From positions 248,001-312,000 of the forward strand of contig NIVC01000869.1 of the NCBI GenBank assembly GCA_002269645.1: DNA of 64,000 nucleotides, in the 5' to 3' direction. The translations under genes were made by a program, and so were the position numbers. The notes beneath the pieces were generated by a model. That model was given only the letters and a program-made list of their open reading frames with translations. It had not been told where the DNA came from and did not search any database. Positions 1 to 10,829 of this stretch are shown piece after piece (the stretch's first letter is position 1; every line of letters starts with the position of its first letter). The stretch comes from Macrostomum lignano. Taxonomy: Eukaryota.

Positions 1-489
1 AATTACAGTAGAATGAATTACAGTGGGGTTGAGTTAGTTTATATGAGTATATGATTACTGGAGGCCTTAGGGATTACTGTCCCACAGGCTTACAATTGGC
101 TGAATAACGAAGTCAAAATTACAGAACATTACAAAGGAGACGATAGGTGGATTACAGAGCAATAGAACGCGGTGAGCGCGAGTAGTATAGTATGGTGGCG
201 TTACAAAACATAACAGAAACATAGCAATGGTTACGAAGTAGCGCAGAACAGAGCGCGCGGCGCGCGCGAACACAAAAACGACAAGGGACGCGCAGAAGTG
301 ATACGATGGATGAGGCAAAACACACAACAAGGATGACAAGGTGGATGAGGCAAAGAATGCAGAGCAGAGGCACGGAACAGAGGCACAGTCCGGACAACTG
401 CGGGCAAACGACGCCAAGCATCAAGGGCGGCGGGACACGGCGCGGCACGCCAAACCAGAAACCGGCAACGCGTGCCGAGGCAGGAGGAA

Positions 490-845
490 ACCGGCGCAGG
501 AGCGCCCAAGGCGGAGACACGGCGCGGCGCGTCAAGGCGGAGACGGCGCAAGAGCGCCCAAGGCAGAGACGGCGCAGCGCGCCAGGCGGAGAACGGCGCA
601 GCGCGCCAAGGCAGGAGAACGGCGCAGCGCGCCAGGCGGAGAACGGCGCAGTGCGCCAGGGCAGAGACGGCGCAGCGCGCCAGGCGGAGACGGCGCAGCG
701 CGCCAGGCAGAGACCGGCGCAGCGCGCCAAGGCAGGAGACCGGCGCAGGAGCGCCAAGGCAGAGAACGGCGCCACGCGCCAAGGCAGGAAACGGCGCCAC
801 GCGCCAAGGCAGAGAACGGCGCAGGAGCGCCAAGGCAGAAGACGG
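490..845. repeat. GC-rich minisatellite, ~24-26 bp unit (GGCGCAGCGCGCCA[A]GGC[A/G]GAGA[A]C)
   Basis: About 14 imperfect tandem units are visible. They account for the overlapping low-complexity ORFs at 152-1039. Confidence 0.85.
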
Positions 846-1597
846 GCGCAGGTGTGTGTGTGTACGTGCGTGTGTGTACGTTAAAATTTTTGTATCTATT
901 TACCTCATCCCACACGCTATATATACCTATGATTATTCGGATATTTACGAAATTTGCGAAATTTAACGATAAACTGCAGCTGATTTTTGAAGTAAGTGAC
1001 GTTGGCATAGTCAACCAGTTGCACTCGTCAATGGGCTGAGTAGCGAACTGAGCTAGCTATATTCCTATATGCATATTTTTTGAGTTTTCAATGGTTGTTT
1101 TTTTCCAGTTTTTTCTTTTTGAGTTACTTATGAGTTTTACTAGTCGCCAGTTGGTATGTTTTAATTACCAACCGTATATTGCACATTATATGGTTTCGGG
1201 GTATTAACGTCAGAGGTGACGCCCTTATACATTTTATAGACTATGGCAATACCGAACGGATGCAATAGGATTATTCTAAGCTATCAATTATTTTTGCCAT
1301 TGCTATAATGTTTATCCTATTCATACTATTACTATTCATGTATTATTCATATTGTCGTCATATTAGGCTTACAGGGGCATACGCGCCCTAGTGTATTTTA
1401 TAGATTACGGCAATGCCGATGCAGGCGGAGAACTACTACAATATCTTTTCGACAACTATTATATTCATAATATTCATTTCATAATCATATTTCCGACAAT
1501 AAAGTGCTTTTATGAATTAATTTTAAGTTTATTTTTGAATTAACTAGTTTGGCTTGTGGCTTGTGTTTTGTGGCCTGTGGCTGGCAGATGCCGCAGG

Positions 1598-1740
1598 GAC
1601 CTGTGGCCAACAGGTGCCACAGGAGGTAGTTTTACGCCTTGCCCGGGGCGTGTAAGCTTGCGGTCTACAGGTGCCGCATGGACCTGTGGCCGGCAGGTGC
1701 CACATGAGGTAGTTTAACGCCTTGCCCGGGGCGTGTGACT
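1598..1740. repeat. Two ~60-bp direct repeats (~81-bp period) downstream of the Gypsy integrase stop
   Basis: GGACCTGTGGCC..CAGGTGCCACA.GAGGTAGTTT.ACGCCTTGCCCGGGGCGTGT occurs at ~1599 and ~1680. Confidence 0.75.
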
Positions 1741-1766
1741 GGCGGCTAGTGTCTGCTTCCCCACTG

Positions 1767-2435
1767 CTAGAGCAGGTCGGACACCTGACAGGTCCGGTAC
1801 CTGACAGGCGGGCGGATGGGGCGTCCGTACCTGGATCTGGGTACGTCAGCCGGGGCTGGTGGTTCAACTGCTTGCGCAGCGACTGGATTCGCAGCAATCT
1901 CAGGTGGTTCTATTGGCTCGGAGGAAGGATTCCCCAAGGAAGCCGTGTACAGCGATTCTGAGCTGTCTTGGCTGTGGCTGGTGTCAGTTTCAGTGTTTGG
2001 CTGTGGCTGTGGCTGTCCCTCAATGGCTACAGCATCGCCAGCTTCGGCGAATGGTTGGCCTTCTCCAGCTTCAGCTCCCGCCCCTTCCTCAAAGGCGCCT
2101 GAAGCTGGCGGTGGTGGATTTGGCCCTGGCACTCTGCGTGGGCTCTCCGGCCGGGCAGAGAGAGGCTGGGGAATGGTGACGAGGCTAAGCTCGCTCGTGG
2201 GTCCGCTGGGCAAGTTCACACTAGGCGCTGGAGACCTAGCATGGGTGGCCTCACCATACCGGTCAACTACGTCTTGGTAAGTGGGCTGTCTAATACACGG
2301 TTTGAGGCGGTCAATGTTGTAGATGTTGTGGCGCGGATTTGGCACCCGATCTGCTGGGTTTAGGAGACCATACTTGGGGACTAAACGGTAAGTCCGCTCG
2401 GAGCAGCGCTGCACTACTCGGTATGGCCCCAACCA
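1767..2435 (-). pseudogene. pol: Gypsy integrase C-terminal GPY/F region, detached
   Basis: WLGPYRVVQRCSERTYRL...YNIDRLKP followed by a Pro/Ala/Glu-rich tail ending RSRYGRPIRPPVRY, typical of Gypsy integrase ends. Confidence 0.85.
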
Positions 2436-2985
2436 CACAGCGGGTTCTATGCCCTTGTGATTCGGGTTCGCACGCGAAGGCGTATTCAGCATGCCAGTGA
2501 AGTATGAGACAGAGTAGGCCCATGGGCTAAGGTCTGCGATGCTTCACGCCTGCCCCTATCTTCAGCAGGTCGAGGCTGGTGGGAGGTCTGCACCCTCTAT
2601 TTGCCTCTGGCAGCCGCAGACCCCCCCACGCTGTCTCGCAAGTCGACCCAGGGTACTCGTCCCCGCGTGTGTTCAAGGCAGTCCCTAGGGCTGCTGGACA
2701 GACTGGGCTCCGGCGCTGGCGACCCTATCCAGTGGCTTCGGCCGAATTTGGGTATGCGGGTCTGGCTCGCCAACCTGCAGGCCGTGGTACTGCTCAACGT
2801 ACTCTCTAATGCCTAAGGTGTTGACCGTGCCGATGGGCTGGAAGGCCGGGGAGTAGTCCGGTCGCAAGCAGTCCCCCTCCTGGTGTCGGGCCAGCCTTGA
2901 GGTTGCTATTGGCCTACTGCCCGGTCAGGTGGAGCGGCCGGGTGGGTACCGCGCCCCTTTGAGGGTAGCCCACCAACCTTTTATC

Positions 2986-4378
2986 ATGGCCTTCGAGCCG
3001 CCTATGGATAACCAAACTAATTCTAGGGACGGGGACCCTTCTAAACCCCAACCTCAGTCCGAAGGACCGGCCGGCCCTGCTGGCAGATCCCAACCGACTG
3101 ATTCAACTGTGGCAAAGGAAGGACCGGCTGGCTCTGCTGGCAGATCCGACCAGAGCTACCAAACTCATAATACCCAAAGACCTGCCAGCTCCGCTGGTGG
3201 ATCTAAGGGAACCGCGAGCTCTGAGCCTAAAGGACGGGCCAAATCTGGCAGATCCGATGAAGCTCAGCGGGCTCGGCTTGAGCGCAAACGCGCTAAACAA
3301 CGCGCCAAAAGGCAGGCCAAGAAGGGAGCTGCGGGGGCCAAAGCGGCGGCGTCCACCATGGATGCTGAAGCGACTGGCGTCCCAAGGCAACCAGACGGGC
3401 CGGCCGGTGGAAGCTCCGGTAGTTCAGCGGCGGCGCTCCCTGGAGATGCTGCTGCGGCTGCTGAGGCCGAAACCACGGCGCAACAAATGGCCACTGCCAA
3501 CACGGAGGTTCCTTCGGGAGCTACCTTTGCGGCGAAGGCCAAGGCCAAAATCCCGGGAGTGATCATCCAAGGTCGCGACCAGGACTGGACCACTGATCAG
3601 CTTCAAAAAGTGTGGAGTGCTGTTGACTCCTATCTGATTGAGCTGACTGTCGAGGAGGGAATCTCCATCGGCATTGAGCACATTCGTTCTTATTGCTCCT
3701 AGCAGCGAGGAGGACGCTCGGCAGCTGCTCCAGCGGCTAACGACGGTCTCCTTGGATGCTGACCTTGGCGGAGCTCTTTTTCTTCGCGAGGGCCAGCGTC
3801 CAAAGACGATACCCTATGTGGTTTTCGTCCCTGCTAAGAGCACCGCAGCTGGACCAGACGTTATTCGCCGGGTCCTACTGCGTCTGAACCCCGACCTCCC
3901 TGCTAGTGGACTGGTGTATCACCGTAAAGTCTGCAGGGGGGAGACGGGCAACTCAATTGTTTTCGGCCTTTCCAGCACTTGGGCGAGTCGGTACCCTAAT
4001 GGATCCTCTTTCCAGCTGGGTGCCCTCAAGCTCAAGATGCGCCGAGGAAAGTCTGCCAAAGGGAAGGCTACTGCCAACCCCGGCATCTCCGGCAAGAGCG
4101 GAGCGCAGTCTAAGGCCCAAGGAAAGGCGCAAGCCGATCCCAAAGCCAAAGCTGCATCTCGCCCCTCTGCTAGCAGCAGTTCGGCGACCGCGGTAACGGC
4201 TCCGGCCAAGCCCCGGGAACCAAACCTGCCAGTCGGAGAAGGAGTTGAGGACGAGGCCGGGTCTTCGGAATCCGAGCTCTCCTCGGCCACCCTGGTGGGG
4301 TCTGAAGGTAAAGATGCAGGTGAGGAAGCTTCCTCCATCCTGTCATCGGAGCCTGAGGACTCTGCTGGGGGGGATTGA
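2986..4378 (+). pseudogene. LINE ORF1 (Gag-like; possible DUF4780-like domain), frameshifted ~3680
   Basis: Basic low-complexity N-terminus, then LRLNPDLPASGL...GNSIVFGL...FQLGALKL, resembling R1/Loa ORF1 by eye. It is split over ORFs 2929-3702 and 3674-4378. Confidence 0.6.
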
Positions 4379-5976
4379 GACCTGCGAGGATGTGGATCAT
4401 ATGGCTGAGACGCTGACAGGTTGCATTATTGAAGCCTACGAAGCGGCTTGTCCTGCTCGCGCCTACAAAGGCAAGACCTCGGCGCCGTGGTGGAACCCGG
4501 AGCTGGGGAAACTCAGGCGGAAGGCCAAAAGCCTTCATCGCCGTGCCATGAAGACCGGAAACCCGGAGGACATGGAGCTTTTCCGGCAAGCCTCCCGCAA
4601 TTTCAAATCTGAAGTGCGCAAGGCCAAGGAATGTAAGTGGCGCCAATTCTGCAATGAATTGGATCAAGACAGACCTACTTCTAGGCTTGTCAAGGCCCTT
4701 ACAATGGACAAAATGTCCAAATTAGCCATGATCAAAAAAGATGATGGCTCTCTTAGTAAAGACCCTGAAGAAGTGCTTCAGCATATGCTTAGCACATTCT
4801 TCCCGAGGGTACCTACTGCTAGACCGGAGCCCAACCATTCGATGGATGGAGCCACCCTAGCGGCGGGCATTGTCACTGAAGACCTAATCGCTCGTGCGGT
4901 CAGAACCTTCAAACCCTTCAAATCTCCTGGACCTGATGGTATCTACCCTGTTCTCCTTCGTGAAGCAGCCAAGATACCCTCGTTCCTGAGACTCACCCGC
5001 AATCTTATGCGGGCCTCTATCCAGCTGGGATACGTTCCCAAATGCTGGACTGAAGCTCGGGTAGTCTTTATTCCCAAACCTGGGAAGGGTGACTACCAAA
5101 GCGTCAAGGCCTTCCGGCCTATTAGCTTAACGTCAGCAATGCTTAAGCTCACTGAGAGGCTTATTCTCTGGTGGCTGCTCTCCTGCGAGCTGACAGCGAT
5201 GCCCCTCAGCAATAATCAGCACGCCTTCCGTACCGGGAGGTCGACTGACAGCGCCCTGCATGCGATGGTCGAGAAGATTGAAAGGGCGGTACTGGGTGAC
5301 GGTTACGCCCTAACTCTCTTTCTTGACATTGTTGGCGCCTTCGACAATGTTATCTTTGAAGCGTTTCAGAGGGCCCTTCAAAATCGCAAAGCTCATGCTA
5401 CCCTCATACGGTGGATCATGTACATGATCTCCAACCGTACGGTCACTGCCCAACTTCTTGGGCAAACTGCCTCCACCAGAGTCTGTAAGGGTGGACCCCA
5501 AGGCGGAGTCCTCACCCCGACGCTCTGGAACCTGGTCATGGACGCTCTTTTGAGTGACTCCCGACCCGACCCCGTCTTCAAAGTCGGGTATGCTGATGAC
5601 GTCACGGCCATTGTGGCAGGACCGTCTCCCAGCACGCTCAGGGATCTGATGCAGAGCTTTATCCGCAAAGCAGAATCCTGGGCCAATGACAATGCTCTGG
5701 AACTCTCTGAGCCCAAAACCGTTGCCATTATGTTTACCAGCAGACTACGCTGGAACATACGTCCTCTGCAGCTCTACGGCAGAGATATTGCCTTCGCGCA
5801 CCAGACCAGATGTCTCGGGGTCACACTTGACCACCGGCTCAACTGGTCCTTCCACGTGAAAGCAAAAGCCAAGCGTGCCTCAGCCATCCTGGCCCAGCTC
5901 CGACGAGCACTTGGCACTTCTTGGGGTCTATCCCCAAAGCGGCTTTGGTGGATCTATACTTCCGTAGTTAGACCTG
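4370..5976 (+). pseudogene. LINE ORF2 reverse transcriptase fragment
   Basis: PWWN, KSPGPDGI, FRPISLTS, FLDIVGAFD, GGPQGGVLTPTLWN, GYADD and CLGVTLD motifs. No APE domain upstream. Confidence 0.93.
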
Positions 5977-7900
5977 CTGGAGTAAATCCGGTGGATTCGG
6001 CGACTGTGGCACGGATTGACATGGCGGCCAGGCGGCTGGCAAGGGGCCAGTCGCATTGTCTCTCAAGACAGATGGCTCTAATCTGGGCTTTCACCGTCTG
6101 GATCATCCTCTCAGCTTTACCGTTAGCCTGAGGGCGACGGGCTGTGATCCGACCCATGTCAATCTGTAGGAGCCTAGTTAATTCTATCATGGTACTATTG
6201 ATGAAGGCAGTTCCGTTATCAGACACCAACTGTTCCATCACCCCATACCTGGCAACCCATTCAGTCAGGATGGTTGTGGCAGTGGTCTCTGCGCTGACGT
6301 CGGAAACAGGAACTACTTCGACAAACCCGGTGAACCGGTCAATCATAACCAGCAGGTACTTGTACCCCTCACACTCTTCGAATGGGCCTGCGTGGTCCAC
6401 GTGGACAACCTGGTTCGGGTAGCCGGACAGTTCTGGTTGCATAGGGGCCTTGAGCTTCGACTTCTTAGTCTTAGCGCAAACGGTGCATTCGGCCAGGACC
6501 CCCTTGACTATAGTGTCTAAGTCGGAAATAACGAAGCGCGCCTTCAGGGCGGCCATCGTCTTGGTGATACCGCAATGGTTCAACTGGCAATGATACTGGA
6601 GGACCAGATGACTGACGTCTGCGGTCTCAGGCACCACCAGGTGCCTGTTGGCAGTCTTGGCTTCGGAAGATTTGGCTAAGTACAATAGGCCCTCGACTAC
6701 TTCAAGGTCATTGGATTGAGCCCAGAGTGAGCGCATTTCCCGGCTACAACCCTGTAGTTTGGCCTTGGACAATGGCTCAGCCTTACCCTGGACACTGGCG
6801 ATTAAGCGCGCCATGTCAACACAGGAGTCCTGGGCATTCTGGGCCCAGATGAGCTCAGTTGGCACTTGGGGTTCGGTTTCAGGCTGACGGGATTCAGTCT
6901 CTGGACTAGGAACAGCGCCGCTAGCAGTAGCACGGACATTCGGCGTTGGTTCAGCCGGGGCATCCGTGTCAGTCTGACACGCGACGCTAATGCCTATGGT
7001 CTGGACGCACACCTGACGCAGTTCCCTAGAGGGGGGCGTACGCCGGTGCTTTGGGTCTTGGTCCAGGAATTTCCCCTTAAATTCTGGAATCTGGCTGCAC
7101 GTCGGGCAGTCAAAGTGATCGGCTCTGAATTTTGGCAGTCTGCTAAGAGCGTCAGCAGGCACGTGGTCAACGCCTGGACGGTACTGGACTGTGAAATCGT
7201 ATTCGGCTATGCGCTCAAAGGTGGACTGCTGGACCTTCAGCGGGTACAGTTCAATGGTGGCAAGCCATTGGGCCAGCATACCAGTGGCGTGCTTCTTAGA
7301 ATGCAGCCATTTGAGCGCGGCCGCGTCCACCCGGACAGTGAAAGGCTTGTCTAATAGATAAGGGCGGAAGTGCTCGAGCATCAGAACGAGCCCTAGCAAC
7401 TCCCCCATGGTGACGCAGTAGTTTCTCTGGCTACTGTTGAATTTTTTGGATGCGTAAGCTATGACTTGCTCTTGGCCATCTGGCCCGAGCTGGTACAGCA
7501 CACCCCCTGTGCCGTCAAGCGAGCTATCGCAGTCTAAGATAAATTCGCGCCCCTTGGCAGAGAGGTCTGGATACGCCAGAATTGGTGGTGAACAGAGACT
7601 ATGTTTGAGTTCTTGGAAAGCCCGTTCATGATGCGGTTGCCATAGAAACGGAGCATCCTTTTTGGCTAAGGCATACAACGGAGTGGCGATGATTGAGAAA
7701 CGCGGCACGAATTTCCGGTAGTAGTTCGCGAATCCTAAGAAGGATAAGAGCTGTTTCTTAGAAAGCGGTTTAGGCCACTCTTGGACAGCCTGAGTCTTCG
7801 CTGGGTCAGCCTCAATGCCCCGGCTAGACACAACGAACCCCAGGAAGGCAACCTTGTCCTTGAACAACTCACACTTAGACGGCTTAATTTTGAGACCGGC
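5974..7900 (-). pseudogene. pol: Gypsy Pol: RT end, RNase H, integrase (HHCC + DDE)
   Basis: LKIKPSKC, FLGFANYYRKF, FILDCDSS, LSRLP, H-x3-H...CTVC, VHVDHAG, VSDNG and NGKAERMI. Truncated at STGFTPA. Confidence 0.93.
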
Positions 7901-8218
7901 TATGAGCTGCATAAAATACAGTCATATTTGCAAAGGACGGCTGCACCTAAAACTACTGCACAAATTTGCATTTTTTCTATGTAACATAAGAATTTTCGTT
8001 CCCACACGTATGCTTATGTTTAAAATAAAAGGAGAGACAGTGGAGGCGCTGCTTCACTTTCCTCTCGCCCGCATCTGCGGGCCTAAAGGCATGGCCATTG
8101 CCTCGGCTGGGCTGTAGGCCGCAGCAGCCTGGGCCCAGAAAACCGTGCTTCGAGTTCAATTCTTTGTTATCCAACGTGAGCAGAAGGTGCAGGATGGACA
8201 CAAAATCCTACCTGTTAC
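7901..8218. other. 318-bp insertion in the Gypsy RT flanked by ACCGGC direct repeats
   Basis: ACCGGC at 7895-7900 and 8219-8224. Removing the insert plus one copy restores LRKAG|LKIKPSK. Confidence 0.8.
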
Positions 8219-8800
8219 ACCGGCCTTTCTAAGCTGCCAGAGGACCAGCGCGAGATGCGCGATCATTTGGTCATTGTTGACAGCCTTAATGATGATGTCA
8301 TCTAGATAGATGAGGCTGACCTTCATCAGGAGAGGCCTAAACACTTTGTGCATTAGTTTCGCGAAATTGGCAGGCGCTGTCTTGATCCCAAATGGTACTA
8401 CCTTCCAACGGAAAGTGCCCTGGGGGCAGGCAAAGGCAGTGTAGTCCCTAGCCTCCTCTTTAATCCCTACCTGCCAGTACGCAGAGGTCAGATCTAGGCT
8501 AGAGAATACAGTGGTCCCAGCAAGGCTGTCAAAAGATTCTTCGATGAGTGGCAGAGGGAAGCTACACGGCTTGATGAGCTTATTGACGGCCCTGTAGTCT
8601 ATACACAAGCGTTGAGTGCCGTCCTTCTTCTTGACTAGAACGATAGGTGACACCCAGTCGGAGTCACATTCCTCGATGACCCCTTGCTCGAGCATCTGCG
8701 CTATGTTCTGATCTAGGAATTCCTTTTGGGCTGGCGTAGTGCGCCTGTATGGTTGTGCAACAGGCTTGGCCTTGGGATCTATTAATTCTATGCCCATCTC
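8219..8800 (-). pseudogene. pol: Gypsy reverse transcriptase core
   Basis: PVAQPYR, WVSPIVLVKKKDG, RLCIDYRAVN, SSLDLTSAYWQV, VPFGIKTAPANF and YLDDIII. Confidence 0.95.
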
Positions 8801-10829
8801 GGCCTAAATCTGCGTTTGATCTAGAAATTTGGCTATTGAAGTAGTTGAGCAGTTTCAATACGGTGCTGAGTTGAGCCCTAGATAAATTAGCTTGGTCTAG
8901 TTGAAACTGCGTTGTCAGCCATTTGGCTAACTCCCTACTAGGCGGCGGCAGCTTACTGAGTTGGCTTGTGAGGTTAGCTACATTGCCCAGACTAAAGTCA
9001 GACTCCTTCAGGGTCGTCTGAGCTATGACCTCATGACTATCTAATTCCTGGAATGAGGCAATTTCTTGCCCCCTAGTTATCTGAATAGGCTGCTCCCCAC
9101 TGTTGAGCACGCGCACTAGTATGTGGTTAGTATCGCTAACTGAGTCTAGAGTCTTAGCTACCAACTGTTCGGTCTCTGGTCCGAGGATCCGGGACATGAC
9201 TATACCGGAGGTGTACGGCGAAGAGTCGAGAACACGACTGGGAATCAAGGCTTCCGAGTGCGGGGGCAATTCTACGGTGCCGGCGGCCATCACCCGTCGG
9301 AGTTGGAAAATTCCCTTGTCCCCCTCAATGACTGGTACCGACACCCCTGCTACTAAGGCTCGGCCAGAGTTGAAGTCTAGCAGCATCTCGAAGCTGCGCA
9401 GGAAATCCATGCCTAACAGGGCTTCTGTGGTACAGTAAGCAGTGACTAGGAATACATGCTGTTTAGTCGTATTACCTAAGTTGATTTCGCAGCGTAGCGA
9501 CCCTAGGATGTCTACCTGAGAGCCGCCGAAGGCGGTGGCACGCTGCTTATTGGCACTAGGCGTGAATATGTTGTTGACGGGGTCAGCTGCGACCAGTTTG
9601 GCTTTCACGTCAGCACCCATGATGCTGGCATTGGCGCCTGAGTCTAGACAAGCCAGAACTTTAGAGTCTCCTACTCCTAGCTGCACGAAATAGCTAGACT
9701 CAAAGGTGTCAGCCGTGTACCCCCCTTGTCTGCATTGTGGATCACTGTCCCCTGGCTGAGGTTGCACATTACAGGCCTTGTCGTGCTGGCGCCCGGGGTC
9801 GACCTGGCGCTGGAATTTCACCCTAGTCCCCCTAAGGCGGTGCTGCTCGACTAGGCTACGCAGGCTGGGAGACAGTTGGCTAATGTGAACGAACAATTTC
9901 TCTGGCAGGTGTTCAGATTGGATGAACCCGTAATTCTGAGACCATGTGGCAATGGTTCCTAGTTCAGTCGTGACTTTTCCACGGCTGGGCTGCTGATTCT
10001 GGCTCCCCCGGGGCTGCTTTGGCGACTGTGGTCTCGGCGAGGGCGATGGACAGTCAGCGATCAGGTGATCGGTCTGGCCGCATCGATGGCAAGCCCGCGG
10101 AGGGCGAGGAGCTGGCCTAGGTTGTCTATAGGTTTGGCTTACTTGTGGTGGGCCCCCAGTGGGCTCTGTGCGAGCGGGCCCCTGATTGGTGGTGACAGGC
10201 GGAGCGGTCTGGCTTAATCTATTTGCCTGGTCGGTCACCATCTTCTCAAGCTCGGCGACCCTCTGTTCTAACGCTCTCTTCTCAGCGTCAGGTTCTATGG
10301 CACGAACCTTGGCTATAGTAGAAGGCACATTCAGAAGCTGGCGGACCCCGACAAGATCTTTGGCCTTCTGCATCAGCTCTTCTGCAGAGGTGGCACTGTC
10401 GGTTTCCTGATCCCATAAGAGGAGCTTTTCGGCGAGGTCCTTATCCCTCAGCTCATGGCAGAATCTGGCCTTGAGTAGGGGCTTCGCTTCAGCGAGCGAG
10501 AGGCCCGCTAGTCTTGAATAAGAGACCAGTCTGTCAAAGAAGTCAGACATATGCTCATTATGAGATTGGGCGGCAGCAACTAATTCTACGTAGGCCTTGT
10601 CCTTCTTCTTGGCATCGGTGTACCTTTCCCTGAGCAACCGAAGCGCAGATTCGAAAGGCAACTGGTCACACAGGTAATTAAGATATACCTCTTGGCATTC
10701 GGCTGACAGTAAAGATACGAGAATGGCGGATTTCTGGTCCTCAGGAACGCGGCAAGTGGCTAGATACGAAGTAAGCTGAGCTTCCCACGTATCAAAGTTC
10801 ATCTTCGGCTGGAGATTAGAAATATACAA
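8800..10829 (-). CDS. gag: Gypsy Gag-Pro: capsid, CCHC knuckle, cold-shock-like domain, aspartic protease, dUTPase-like region
   Basis: CHRCGQTDHLIADC (10050-10091); GTIATWSQNYGFI...LFVHISQL...GTRVKF...KACNV (9759-9962); CLDSGA protease; LLGMDFL; VELPPHSE...VLNSGEQPIQITRGQEIA. Confidence 0.88.

Larger units (their letters stand above)
2436..5976 (+). mobile_element. Non-LTR retrotransposon (Loa/R1-like, I group), endonuclease deleted and 3' half lost
   Basis: ORF1-like region followed by RT. It ends abruptly at LWWIYTSVVRP(A), fused to antisense Gypsy integrase. The 5' boundary is approximate. Confidence 0.85.
1767..10829 (-). mobile_element. Ty3/Gypsy LTR retrotransposon (internal region; LTRs not resolved), disrupted
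   Basis: Domain order is gag-CCHC-PR-RT-RNaseH-IN. It is interrupted by a LINE (~2436-5976), a 318-bp insert (7901-8218) and a frameshift near 8800. Confidence 0.93.

Noticed and set aside
67-1039. Several long Ala/Arg-rich ORFs on both strands
   Set aside because: They are products of the GC-rich minisatellite and contain no domain motifs.
2436-2660. HDV-like ribozyme at the LINE 5' end (GGCTAA looks like J4/2)
   Set aside because: I could not build a P1/P2/P3 nested pseudoknot. The only P2 partner lies inside Gypsy coding sequence or downstream.
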